The translations under genes and the position numbers were made by a program. This document shows positions 40,448 through 53,907 of a DNA stretch of 64,000 nucleotides, one piece after another; within the stretch, counting starts at the first letter, position 1, and every line of letters begins with the position of its first letter. The DNA lies in contig OX597816.1 of assembly GCA_951406725.2 (NCBI GenBank), forward strand, positions 104,780,001 through 104,844,000, read 5' to 3'. Source of the stretch: Octopus vulgaris (taxonomy: Eukaryota). The notes beneath the pieces are model-generated. The model worked only from the letters and a program-made list of their open reading frames with translations. It made no database searches and was not told where the DNA came from.

Positions 40448-42424
40448 ATCTATCTCTCTCTCTCTCTCTCCCTCCCTCCCTCTGTCTCTCATTTTCGAAA
40501 AGTTAACAAAATAGTTCTTCTTCACAATACCTGTCACTCCGTATCGTCTTTGACAAATATAGCTCATTGGACTATACAAAACTTGAACTAAGCAATAAAC
40601 TATAGAAAACAAGTTCTATACGGTGGTTTTGTATAGCCCAGAATTCAAACTTGTGACTACTTAACTATTTATTAGTAAATAAAAAAAATAACGTTTTTTC
40701 TCACCGTTGGTTTCAAAAGTAATGTCTTAAAGATTCCCTTATATCTTCTTCCTGTTATACACATTGTATCCTACAAGACGAAACATAACAATAGAACGGC
40801 AAACTATTTATGGCCATAGCTCCATCCGGTATTTTCATCAATAACTATTTGATTTTTACATTTTTATTTCATGTATCCACTTTCATTTGACAATTGCTTT
40901 TAGAAATTTGATGACTTTGTAATTTCGAATGTCTAATTTTTCATTGTGTACTCATGTTCAGTTGATCTTCTCTCTCTATTCCTCTTTGTTTACAGTCTAT
41001 CAAGCACCTGTCAATTTCATTCGAATCGAACTCACATCAGAGCTTTCACGATAATGTCTTTCCTCAATCTGTGTTTACTCGAGTTGTTTTAGAATATATA
41101 GTTTCCAATATTGAATTTGTATCATTTACCCTAATATAATGTAAGCGTTTCTCACTACATCGACAGTGAGTGTAGACATTTCAAATGCGCGTTCTTATTC
41201 TGCATTCATGTATATGCATTTATATCTACAGTTATGTGTGTATCTGTGTGTGTGTCTGCATATGTGGGTCTGCATGTGTGGGTCTGCATGTGTGTGAGTG
41301 TGTCACTATTATTTGGAATCTAGTGCTGACGTCATTTTAGTATTCCTTTTAGAATACGAAGACTACTGATTTACGATAGTAAATCATTTAACGTTAACAG
41401 AAGATTCGGCATTTGTACTACAGTTGCCACTCCCTTCTCTGATTCTCTCTAACAAATTAATGTGAGTCACTGAATCTTTCTTTCAAAATCAAATCAAACT
41501 TGTGATTCTGATTCCCAGCTAAGTTTACCGGGAGATACTACAATTTTGCACATGGTATTTTTAAATGTATTGATTATTCTTCCTGTCGATGAAATAAAGC
41601 TTCGAAGATATTGTTTAGCGATATACGTATGGCGAACCAGCTACCTACTAAATAGCCGCTCCAGCTGATGATGTAGCAACAAGGTTCCCTCAAATAAACA
41701 TACTGTTCTAAAATTTGGAAGGAAAACATGCAGGATAATATGATATATTATCCATGACATATACAGTCGTGAGTCTTTTTTGAAGAACATTTGATGATGA
41801 GCGTACCCGATTTGGTAACCTAGGCTAATAACAGCTAGAAGTGCCAATCGCATTTTAATAACTATTTTGTGCTTAATATATCTTAGTAACACTATATGTA
41901 TATATCTGTGTATCTGGGTGTTTGTGTATAAATGAGTGTCTGTGCCCTGAGGAAAACGGATTGTCTTTCATAGCATTCATTTAGAGTGCTGTATTTTTTA
42001 CACTACCCCTTCTTCACACTCAAATTGGGATGCAGTTTCCCCTAGGTATTTATTTGCTTTCGCTTGAAACAAGTATAATCGCAAAAACTTTAAAGAATTT
42101 GTCTAGTGTGACAGTTATCATATATTTGTCCCTCTTTGGAATCCAACTTGCTTCTGGCCATTCTGTATTATTTCTGTTAGTTAATTTCTGTTATATATGC
42201 ATGCGCTTTTTTGTTTTATGCGTTTCTGCCCAATGACCGTGAACATGCCTGGGCCAGCTAGTGTCATCACTTTTTCAAATACCTTTTTTTATTTGTGTGT
42301 GCATATAAATATACGTATGCATGCATGTTTCTAAGTGTGTGTGTGCGTGTGTGTGTGTATGTATGTCTGTCTGTATGTATGTATGTATGTATGTATGTAT
42401 GTATGTATGTATGTATGTATGTAT

Positions 42425-42618
42425 CTGAATGACCCTCGCGTCGTTAGACAACGTATGAGGCTTCGACAATTTCTTACCGAACAACCACACAGATAATTTG
42501 TTTATAGTGATCAAATGTTCGCGTACACATAAGCTCACTCCCTCCAGCAGATCAGCATTACCCACGATCTCGCAATTGTGAGTGCAACACCTTAACCAAT
42601 GAGCCATGCGCCTTCACA

Positions 42619-42621
<3 letters not shown>
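42425..42621 (-). mobile_element. tRNA-derived SINE (family D), internally deleted, with (TACA)n tail
   Basis: Minus strand begins gtgaaggcgcatggctcattggttaaggtgttgcactcacaat (A box); the head resembles that of 61993. Confidence 0.7.
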
Positions 42622-42671
<50 letters not shown>

Positions 42672-42685
<14 letters not shown>

Positions 42686-43189
42686 AACTCTAGTTGTGTG
42701 AGTGTCTGTCCCCTTCGATTTAGATTCCTAACTCCTCCCACATTTTGCGGTGCAGTTTAACCAAATTCGGGTATCTTATAGTCGTGATTAATATCGAGCC
42801 CGTCTGGCTATTAGCACGCGTCTACGATGAGTCTACGATTTTAAAAATAATTTAACATCATTTTTTATTCCATTTTAATGCATAATTTTTCGTGTGTCGA
42901 TGACGGCGGAGTTGGCGTCCACGCTCAAGCACCTGCACCTGTGTTTGCTTCTCCCCCTTCCTCCCTCCATCGTGAAGCTGTGGGGAAGGGAGTGTAAGGA
43001 AATCAACGTCGTAAAGCGTTGTCAAAGAGACCAGCGTTCTTTTAGAACAACGACTTCATGGCTTGAAGACACCAAAACAGAAATGGCTAAGAAAGCCCGA
43101 ATTGGCATCTATAAGGGAAGTAAGTCTCTAAAAATGCTTATATAGTTATTTCCTTTACAAACCCGAGCAACGCCCGGCGATACTGCTAG
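42672..43189 (+). mobile_element. Non-autonomous Helitron-like element, copy 2, inserted in (TA)n
   Basis: Closely similar to 18326-18886; subterminal hairpin plus CTAG|T. Confidence 0.8.
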
Positions 43190-45720
43190 TATATATATAT
43201 ATATATAGTGTGTGTGTATAGAAATATATATATATATATATGATTTTGCCATGTTTTGATGTTATGTGCTTCAAACTTACGGTAAATCCATTGATTATAA
43301 AGGCTCTGAGTTTTTCTTTCATTTCTTCTAAGTGACCTTAAATATGTTTCCCCTTATATTATGGTGTTTCATAGTTTCTATTTTCCCTCATTCCTGTCGC
43401 TAATAACGAATATCAAAAATTACTTATTAGTTACGGAAGCATTATTAATTCAATCTAACCTTTCCGTGTGTCACACTTAGCACAGATACATTGACGACAA
43501 CATGGAAACTGACAGTGTCCGCCTCAAGAAAATACCTCGTATAGACGTATAGTGTAAATAAAAAATACTGAAGTATTAGCTGAATTTAGTATTCCGTATA
43601 TCTTATACTTTTACTGCTTCGTTTGCTAAAACGTAATATCCAGCCTACTGGGTACGGATTATTCCGGTTGTATTTGCGTTGCCGTTGTTTTGTTAATTAC
43701 TGCTTATTCATAATAGTGTGAGCTAAATCTGTCTATGGACGTAGTTGTTAGAGGATGCGTGTTATCAATGAACTCAAAAAAGCAGAAATAAATATTTAGG
43801 TATTTTAACGCGGCTACTCTTCGCCGGCTACTGATATATTTCTGTATGTTTTAACATTATAAGCCTGCAAGCGAAGCTTTCCCGAGCCAAATACCGCAGT
43901 TGCAACACTTTCTGCAGTATATCTGTACTAAGTATGTTAGAGAATGTTAATATCATATGTGTGTGTGTATTGTATGTGTGTGTTTGTGCGTCTGTCTGTG
44001 TGTCTGTATTTGTGTATACAAACAGATATACATGTATATACATATATCGTTTAATGTACACAGTATAAAGATATTTATCTCTCACTGGATGGTGCACTTT
44101 TTTGTTGATTTCACTGTAACTGAACAGTAAGCTGTATATACATGTGTGGGGGTGTAGGGGTCGGGGTGTCCGGCCTTTTTGTGCTATATTTTATACTTTG
44201 CTTTTCAGGAAATGCCTATTATATTCTCATGCAATCATTCTAGTAAATATACATTTTGAGGGGTTCATCGATTAACCATAATATACAGTATTTAGCTTAT
44301 CCACTTATTATCTTTAAAACATGTAATAGAATACACTCAGTTGTATCCTATCAGTCCTAATTTTTATGCTTTCACTTTCACATTGACAAGTATTATTTAC
44401 ACATAAACCTGGCTTCCTAACACGCATCGCTTATTTTGTCATGTAGCCAACCTTTGACTTGCCGGTTTACATAGGAATGCCTTTTCGTTGTCAGAAATAA
44501 ATGAAGCATTGCTTTCTTTACAGTTTTCATTGCCTCATAACTAAGAGGATTTTATGTAGTGAAACATAAATGATAAGTAAATGAATAGCTTTGAATTGTA
44601 CTGGCGGAAATATCATTGGATATAACTATGACGTGTGCGATTTTCTATGGCTTGGTTGTTTGTATATCTTAAGTAATTGAATCATCACTCATAAAAAAGA
44701 CATTGATACTTCACTTCATAATATCTTTCAATGGACAAGTTTTTTTGTTCTATTATTTAATCATTAGTTTGGAAAATTCTATTATACCTTTGCTTTTGTT
44801 AGGATTTGGGTATTAAATAAATGATGTTATCAAAAATTACTATTACCACACATTACCAGGGATAAAAAACACAAAATGTTTCTGCCTACGACGAAAGATT
44901 CGGATCGCAACGTCAGTAAAATATTTTCTTTAAAACATTCATTCGCTGCTTAAATACATAATAAATCTGTAACGGGTTTCTATGTTATGAAACACTTTTA
45001 TGAAATAAACCCAATATTGTTGCTTTATCTTCAATAATCATAGGCCACATAATTCATATTAACAGAAAACAAACTAAATAGACTAAGACAAAATAGACTC
45101 AGCAGAACAAAAGGAGACACATAGGATAAAGAGTCATTGAAGAGGCTACAGGACGTGTGACGAAAGAATTTTGACAATGAATCTTCGGTCCTGTATCGTC
45201 TTAGTGAATCCATGAAGAAAGCTAGGTTACTTTTACTTTTTCCCCTTCGTTCATAATGTCACGCCAACCAGTAAATTATCTGTACGTTATTGATCGTACT
45301 TTATTCATTGGTAAAGGATGGATGAATACACTTACTCTAAGATAATGGAAATATTTCCACCACAATCAAAACAAAATACTCATCAATTATGCATTTGCTA
45401 CATTGCCTACGTTGATTGAGCTGTTCTATTTCATAGCTCTTATTTACAACTAAACACAGCAATAATTGCACTCATTTACACTAAACATATATGAAGAATA
45501 AGAGTTAAGAAATGTCTGAAAATAACCATAGATTTTTCGCTTAAATCTCAGAAAACTGTTTGATTAGTAATGTACACGGGAAAATATAAGAAAAAATGCA
45601 ATATGAATTGATGTTTTATGGCGACGATAAATAAGTTCTATGAAACATTAAATAGAATACTAATGAGAGAGGAAATAACATCAAAAACTACCTAGTCTAA
45701 CAGAGACGTCCAGTTAAACA

Positions 45721-45722
<2 letters not shown>

Positions 45723-45765
<43 letters not shown>

Positions 45766-45772
45766 CAAACAC

Positions 45773-45805
<33 letters not shown>

Positions 45806-45919
45806 CATACATACATACATACATACATACATACATACATACATACATACATACATACATACATACATACATACATACATACATACATACATACATACAT
45901 ACATACATACATACATACA

Positions 45920-45955
<36 letters not shown>

Positions 45956-45963
45956 TGTATACA
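45723..45963. repeat. (TA)n/(TACA)n microsatellite
   Basis: Direct reading. Confidence 0.95.
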
Positions 45964-45965
45964 TA

Positions 45966-46203
45966 TAGGATGCGTCTGAATAGCTGGAAAGTGAATTACG
46001 GCAAAATGAAAATAGCACTGACATCTCATTTTAACATATATTTACCCAAATGATATAGAAGTATCTTGAAAGTCGCCATTGGCTTCAACCACGGCCTCCA
46101 GACGACTTTGGAATCTCCTAAAACTCCTCTGGGTGGTCTCCTTTTTTAAGTTGGTTTAGTGAACGCTGCCATAATCCTTGCCTTCAGTTCATCTTTGTTG
46201 TGA
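45966..46203 (-). mobile_element. 3' end of a Tc1/mariner-superfamily transposon (transposase C-terminus and TIR)
   Basis: NKDELKARIMAAFT/NLKKETTQRSFRRFQSRLEAVVEANGDF; terminus ta|taggatgcgtc resembles TA|CAGGGTG. Confidence 0.75.
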
Positions 46204-46668
46204 TTCGGACTAAAACTTATATTGTTATTACCGTTATGACGTATTTTCATGTCCTGATTAATAGAGGTAGAATTAATGTCAATAGTATTAATTTCGATAA
46301 TTTTTTCTTTGTAGTCTGCTTTAAGTAAGGCAGGGTTATAGAACTCGGCTTTATCGTTGAAGATATCAGCATTGGCAGATAATCTAGAAAGTCTAAGTTG
46401 AAATATTTCTAACTAAATTCCTCATAATAGTCTTTGAATGATTACTGAAAGAGCTAATATATTTTAAATTAGTTGAGAGTTTATGGTATGGGAAATATGA
46501 ATCATTATGTAAGTTAAGGGTAATATCTAAAAAGTTGGTTTTAATTATATCATCATCGAAAACAATGCTTAAGCCCATGTTTCGGAAAAATTTAACCAAC
46601 ATATTCTTAACCCTTTGTAATTTTTGGTTAGAAATATTTTGAAGCTAGATTAGACAATCGTCACAATA
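46204..46668 (-). pseudogene. Penelope-like element RT, C-terminal half (catalytic motif through thumb and linker)
   Basis: YCDDCLI*LQN...NFLDITLNLHNDSYFPYHK...KYISSFSNHSKTIMRNL...RLSRLSANADIFNDKAEFYNPAL. Confidence 0.88.
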
Positions 46669-46671
46669 ATT

Positions 46672-47091
46672 ATAGCAAACATATTCTAGAAAAATATATT
46701 CCTAGTTTAATTAAAAATTTAAAGCTTGATTTATGGTCTCATTCGTTCCAAGTGATCGACTGGTTTAAGTCTACTAATAACAAGAAGTGCACTAAGTTTA
46801 TCCAGTTCGACATTTCTAGTTACTATTCCTCTATTAACCCAATTGTATTCAACAAAGCACTCTGGTTCGCACACAACAAAGCAGGTCACACCAAGGAGGA
46901 AATTAATGTGGTGTTAGCTGCCAGAAAACCAATCATTAAATTTGAAAACAAGCTGTGGGTCCCTAAAGATACGGCTGACAGTTTTGATGTCACGATGGGA
47001 AGTTATGACTCAGCACAACTGGCTAATTTGGTCGGTATATATATCCTTTATGAGATGGCTCGCCAATTCCCAAATATCAATGGAGGTTTAT
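46672..47091 (+). pseudogene. Penelope-like element RT, N-terminal half
   Basis: SKHILEKY...VIDWFK...FIQFDISSYYSSI...FDVTMGSYDSAQLANLVGIYIL...NINGGL, typical PLE RT motifs. Confidence 0.9.
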
Positions 47092-47591
47092 GAAAATAAT
47101 AACATTGGTATTATTAATACTAACCATTCTTTGAACAGCTTGACAGCAGGTGTTGGTATGTTAACGTCTATGTAAAAAGAAACATAAAAAGTACCAGACA
47201 TGAAAACAAAAAATTAAGAGCTGGTGTCGATTTTTTCGATTAAAGAAACTGTGCTCCAGCATGATCACAATTCAATAATTATTGATTTTATTTGCTTTTT
47301 TTAAATATTTACTATAACTACTTTACTTCTACTCTATCCCTTCATGTATTTTGTTAACATTTTGGATGGTCAATTCCCTGAACTTAGATCCAGTATCGTA
47401 ATTTATGTGAAACAGTATATCTTCATTTTACTGACTTTACCAAATTTATTTTATCTAATCTTGATCATCCATACACTGTATATATAGAGAGAAAATTTTG
47501 GAGCTGAATCATTGGTAGAACCATGTTGCTCTGGTGATCTGATGAGTCAGCTTTCTTTATCTGCATTGATTTCTTAATATACAATTGTATT

Positions 47592-47989
47592 AAGGGGGCG
47601 AGCTGGCAGAGACGTTAGCACACCGGGCGAAATGCTTAGCGGTATTTCGACTGCCGTTACGTTCTGAGTTCAAATTCCGCCGAGGTTGACTTTACCTTTC
47701 ATCCTTTCGGGGTCGTTAAATTAAGTACCAGTTACGCACTGGGGTCGATGTAATCGGCTTAATCTGTTTGTCTGTCCTTGTTTGTCCCCGCTGTGTTTAG
47801 CCCCTTGTGGGTAGTAAAGAAATAGGTATTTCGTCTGTCTTTGCGTTCTGAGTTCAAATTCTGCCGAGGTCGACTTTACCTTTCATCCTTTCGGGGTCGA
47901 TAAATTAAGTACCAGTTCCATACTGGGATCGATCTAATCGACTGCCCCCCTCCCCAAAATGTCGGGCCTTGTGCTTAAAGTAGAAAAGG
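47592..47989 (+). mobile_element. Dimeric SINE family A with 15-bp TSD
   Basis: One head and two cores (period 184 bp); atatacaattgtatt at 47577-47591 and 47990-48004. Confidence 0.93.
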
Positions 47990-48337
47990 ATATACAATTG
48001 TATTGTATAGTGCATAGCGTGCATGTTACTTCAGATATGTTAACATAATTTATTATACACGAAGGCTGTGAAACGGCTGTAATCCTGAAGATAACAAGTG
48101 TTTAAATGAATAAATTCACCTCTCATACCTGCTCACGTTTTATAGTTTCTATATTACTCATGAAATAATTTCATCGATCGGTTCCTCTATATTTCAGCTG
48201 CAGGTAATTTTGCATCATACCCTTCTTTATAGGATTATGTGCTCAGTTATTCGAGTCCACTAGTAGAGCTTTCTGAGACAAGCAAACTATTCGATGAATC
48301 CGATGAAACGATATACTACACTACAAATGTATATATT

Positions 48338-48373
<36 letters not shown>

Positions 48374-48509
48374 CAGACAGACGCGCATATATACACATAT
48401 ACATACTTACATGCATACTTACATGCATACTTAGATGCATACTTACATGCATACATACATGCATACATATGCACAGACATACACTCACACACACACACAC
48501 ACACACACG

Positions 48510-48566
<57 letters not shown>

Positions 48567-51068
48567 CTTTATTGTTATTTCGCAACATTATGTAGATATA
48601 ATCCATCTCTTGCTATTATTATTTCATATGAAATCATTTCAATTCTTAAAAATAATTGGAATTATTTATTAAGAGTGAATGAAAAGTGATCTTCTGAAAT
48701 AATTATGGCAAACACAGTTTTCTTATCCTTCAAATGCTTGATAGCTAAATGTAACATCAGTCACTTTAAGTACCCAATGCTAGCACGCTGAAAACTAACA
48801 AAGCTATTTTTATTGTCGTTTATTTCAATTATTTAAGGTTTGCATTCATACATTCTAAATAAATGAAAAGACAATCAGAAAACTAGCAAGCAATTAATTT
48901 TAGCGTGGTTCTCAAATACATCGAAGACGTTGCCTAGTATCATTATTTCTTTGATTAGAAAATGCTCACAAACAACTAGAAAGAAAGAACATTTACATTC
49001 TGCACTATTTAGTTAATCTTCAGAAGTAATTTAGATATCGAAGTATCCTGGATATTCTTTAATAATTTTCTGACATATTGTATATTATGCTCATCTCATT
49101 TTCATGCATTTGTTATTATTTTGCTTGTATTTATTTCATACATAGTAAAAATCTTTTGACATCATATTCAATAAAGTTGTCACAACAAAATCGTTTACAA
49201 ATAAATTGAAAATGAAAAGTGGAGGCCAATTACAATCTATTCGTGGTTGAAACTCTAAATTCAAAATTTATATATTTATTGCAATTTCAACTAATTAACG
49301 CTATTAAATATGCAATTCAAATAAATATAGTATACTGGACGTTAAGTTTATATTTTCAACTCTCGCTGTTGATTGCAAAACAGATTAAAAGACAAATTTT
49401 CTCTGACATCTGACATATTAGAATGGGAATTTATTTCATTATTATATTCGTAAAAAATATCGTTTACTTTCCAACGTACATTTTGTGCCTAATAGAAAAA
49501 TAAAATAATTATTTCTCAATTTCATTTTGCATTGTCCAGCAGAGAACAATCTATATTTTGATATATAATAGTCCAGAGAAATAATATTCATTATTGAAAC
49601 TTTTTACGGTTTTCATCAAAGATCAACATAACGCTCATGATTTGATAGTTTTATTTCAGTGAAAATTTTCATTATTTTATTTGCTCACAAATAAAAATGA
49701 TTATTATTTTTAGCCTAAGTTTCGAATATCGAACCAACGCTATATTTAATAATGAAGTTGTTGTTTGAAAATAGCAATAAATAAAACATCTTTAAAAGAA
49801 CTTCACAGTTCGAGAGAAATAGCTTCATTAAAATACTAGCTTCAAAAATCAACTTGTCGATGTATCTCGTAGTCTGAACGTTTAAGCAACTGGTAATATA
49901 AATAAGGTTAAACCGAAGATAGGTTGCTGCTGGTTGGAGCTATAAGTTTTAAGTAAACACCTAATAGAGCGGCATCTGACAGAAAACCTATCGGTAAAAG
50001 CTATTGCCGTCACATCTGGTTGTAACCATATAAAATTTGGATAGGTTCGCTGATTGATTCTGCTGTAGGTTAATATTATGCAGCTTATGTAACTGCTACC
50101 TTGAAAAGGGTTGTATGATTCTTGTAATGTGCTATAGTTTAACCACAGATCAGTTCCGATTTTGTAGACCTCTCCTCAAAGACATTCTCATTCTGAACAT
50201 CTTGTTTTCTGAATATATAGGATCTTCACGTTCACAACTGGATATGATTTGAATGAATTTGGTTGCCCCAGATAGCTGGACACATACTTCAATTACTTTA
50301 TCTCTTCATATTTATCTTGTTGACAACTTGTGGTTTATGATAGCTTTGAACTGATTTAGCTTCTCTGTAATTTTTTATCAATCGATGATATATTTTGCGG
50401 GTGTGTTTTGCAAAAATAACCGCCATTACATAGTGAAATATCTTACCTTAAAATTGTTTATATTTAACATTTACCTATATTTAAATGAGAAAGCAAACAA
50501 TTTATAATGGAGTATATATTTCTTAAAGCAATGTATCCTCTTTGTCCATAATAGACAGTTTTTATATTATTGACGACACTACGTGACATATAAATGTCAC
50601 ATTGTGACATTAGCGAAAACAAGGGAGCAACCAAGATTGTAAACAATGATTTTATGAACAAATGCAAATAACAAATTTTCAGACGAATTTCTTGTTTATA
50701 ATTTCTATGGTTTCTATGAAAATGCAGCCATATTAATTTACAAGTTTCGCTTTCTGCTCACTCCCTGTAGAGTAGTGTATTTTACAGCTATTTTGGGGAC
50801 GAGTAGTTTCTTAGGCACTTTTCTTCACCCATAACCGCTTACTTGCACTCATATCCTGAAGATATAGCAAATTTTTTATTTGGTTTACATTAAATATATT
50901 TTGCTTTTGCCCTCAGAGTGGTTCTCTAGAAGTTTATACTGTCATAAACAAAGATCTCCACTAATAAAATGATTTAGTTTAACTAGTATTGCTGACATTA
51001 AATATATCTTTAAAATAATTATTGTTTAGACTCTGGATAGTTCTGACAGAACAAACTTATGATGAAAC

Positions 51069-51110
<42 letters not shown>

Positions 51111-52034
51111 TGTGTCTGTGTGTATGTGTATATATAATGTGTCCTTGACCATATTATCCATTGTCTTCATAGTTTTAAAAAATAAAGGAAATCTGGCTTT
51201 CATAGTCAAGTTAACTTGCAAATATTTTCGTAGTGATGCTATTGATATTGTCTTTGTGCTTGTTCGTTTTTGTTTGCTTGTTGTTTTTTTATAAATAACT
51301 AATTAGTGAACTAAATAGTGAATTGCTAAATAACAATACAGTATTTAATGTCGATGCATCAGATAAACATTGTCGTGTGATGTTCAGTATTGTCTACTCC
51401 AGTAGTAACGGTCACGAGCACAAAGCATCGAACCTGCAGAAGCATGTCGTGGCGGAAGGGAGACCGCAGCTGATGCTTATGCATAGTAATTTAAGTATCT
51501 GCTGACTCCATATGTCTAATCTCTACTGTGACATATTCGGGTGCTGCTGATTTCTTAACAATATGCCTTTACATAACATGCCAGTCGGAATCTAGCCGAA
51601 AGATTTTTATACGTAGAGAACATTTGAATACTTTTAAAATGCCATCGCTATATAAGCTAGCTATTGCGGACACAAAAGGTGAATGAATAAATGGATAATA
51701 ATGATTATAGCGTGTTACAACTGAATCTAGTGCCATGTAGAAACAAGATATTTCAGTTCAACATGTAACAAAGTATTATGAAATGTAGTTGGCGTGATGT
51801 TTGAATAAATCAATAGTGTTAGCCAGCAGTTGAATGAAAGGACGTTTTCGGGCATTTGTTGTTAGAAATGTGTTACATAAAAATTATATGAAGACAAGAC
51901 TTCACTAATGAAGGATAGATTATATCAGTAGTAATAATATCATAAAAAAAGAAAACTTTAATAGTACTAAGTACGACTTAATATACCTTGCAACAGCTCA
52001 ACTAATTTCTACCCGCACGTGGAAGGTGGGTTGG

Positions 52035-52178
52035 CGGTTAGTGAGCAGAGTCGTCAGAATGCAGGAACAAAATACCTAATATATACCGTTATTTACTTAT
52101 GATCCTTTTTGTTCTAAGGTCCTCATTGCCTTTCATACTTCTATGATCGATGAAATAAAGTACTAGTTAAGTACTAGA
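52035..52178 (+). mobile_element. Old SINE family A copy interrupted by a family H insertion
   Basis: ttgcctttcatacttctatgatcgatgaaataaagtactag core; continues after 52806. Confidence 0.6.
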
Positions 52179-52366
52179 CACAGTTATATATTTAAGAGAT
52201 GAGAAATTATGTACATTATTTGCATTACTTACATTTGACGGATATTTGTCCTCATCTTGTTTGTTGTTAACACAATGTTTCAGCTGATATACCCTCCAGC
52301 CTTCTTCAGGTGGCTTGGGGAAATGTAGAACCTGGGTTCCCATTCCTAAGGTATTTTTCGATGTTG

Positions 52367-52425
<59 letters not shown>

Positions 52426-52611
52426 ATCACAGCCTGGAATGGAACTCAGAATCATGGGGATAGTAGCCCGCACTCTTAACAAAGGGCATATAGTAGTGGT
52501 TAAGAGCGCGGGCTACTAGCCCCAAAATTCCTAGTTCGATTCCAAGCAGCGACCTGAACAACAATAGTGATAATAATGATAATAATAACAATGGTAATAA
52601 TAATGATGATG

Positions 52612-52671
<60 letters not shown>

Positions 52672-52805
52672 TCGAAAAATACCTTAGGAATGAGAACCCA
52701 AGTTCGAAATTTCCCCGAGACAACTGAAGAAGGCGGGAGGGTATATCAGCCAAAACATTGTGTTAACAACAAACAAGATGAGGACAAATATCCCTCGAAT
52801 GTAAA
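52179..52805. mobile_element. Second head-to-head inverted dimer of family H, with 12-bp TSD
   Basis: tRNA heads at 52425-52480 (-) and 52484-52554 (+); internal (TAA)n; hammerhead motifs at 52269-52314 (-, core intact) and 52719-52764 (+, GAAAC to AAAAC); ttaagtactaga at 52167-52178 and 52806-52817. Confidence 0.9.
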
Positions 52806-53025
52806 TTAAGTACTAGAGTTTGTAAATATTACCATATTGCAGCTATGATGTGGGTTGATCGTTCTTTCACGGCATGAAGGTGTTATTTCTTTATTTCACG
52901 GCATGAAGGTGTGTTTAATAGGTTCGCTTCACAAGCAAATATTCGGCTGCTTGTTAGATTATACAAGTGTTTTCTGCAAAAGCTTCAGTAATACCTCGCG
53001 ACTGGAAATAGTGAGAAAGTCTGTC

Positions 53026-53056
<31 letters not shown>

Positions 53057-53113
53057 CATTATACACACCGCCTGACAACATACCGATCGTAAATAATTGA
53101 AAAATACATTATA

Positions 53114-53254
53114 TAAGGTTGTCCCAAAAGTTCGTAGAAAGTCTTGGAAAATAATGGTCTTTATTTTGAGGAATAATTTTTGTTGTTTTTGTTAGTACTT
53201 GGCGAGTAAAAATTCAATTTTCGCAAGTGTTTACGAACTTTTGGAACAACCTAA
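53114..53254. mobile_element. Mariner-type MITE (~141 bp)
   Basis: TIRs taaggttgtcccaaaagttcgta / tacgaacttttggaacaacctaa, flanked by TA. Confidence 0.82.
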
Positions 53255-53907
53255 TACATACCGCCATGGCAGTATGTATAATGTTTTTTCATTTATTTAC
53301 GTTTGGTATGTTGCCACTGATGATCGGAAAGGGTTTTCCATATCTCATACTGTGAAATCTATAGATAAGGTACTATCCAAATTATTCTATAAATCCTCGC
53401 TGTCTATTTTCCTCATTTGTAACCTTGTGTTAGTAGAGTAATAACCTAAGTAGTTCATAGACCATTCGGAGCGTATTTTTAGCAAACTGGTATTGGTAAT
53501 CATTCAAAACCCTTATTATAATTTAAATATAATATATATATCAAACAAGGAGCACAGTAAGGTGCCACATGCAACCAAAACTTGGGCTTAGTTGTGAGTT
53601 CCACACTCCATCCCCCGCTCCAGTATTCAGCGTAGTCACACGTACGGCATGTATCTAAAGATACATGTATCTAAAGTGTGCAGACTACAAGCTAAATAAT
53701 ACATAGAATAGTAAATTGCAGATAAACTAGTATGATATTCAATGTTTTATGTGACATAAATGTGTTTCAACGAAATACTGAAATAATTACATAACACTTG
53801 TAGAAACATACGTTACCGTATCAGTGTCCAGCACTTTGCTGAAATGCATGTACGTTGTATAAAGCATTGAAAACCACACTTGTTTTATACGCAAAAGAAG
53901 TTTCCTT

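Noticed and set aside
48286-48316. Degenerate hammerhead-like cgatgaatccgatgaaacg
   Set aside because: No CTGANGA box and no stem II; a short direct repeat.
52866-52912. Short direct repeat tttcacggcatgaaggtgt (also 27400-27480 and 24514-24548)
   Set aside because: Ordinary slippage duplications with no further structure.
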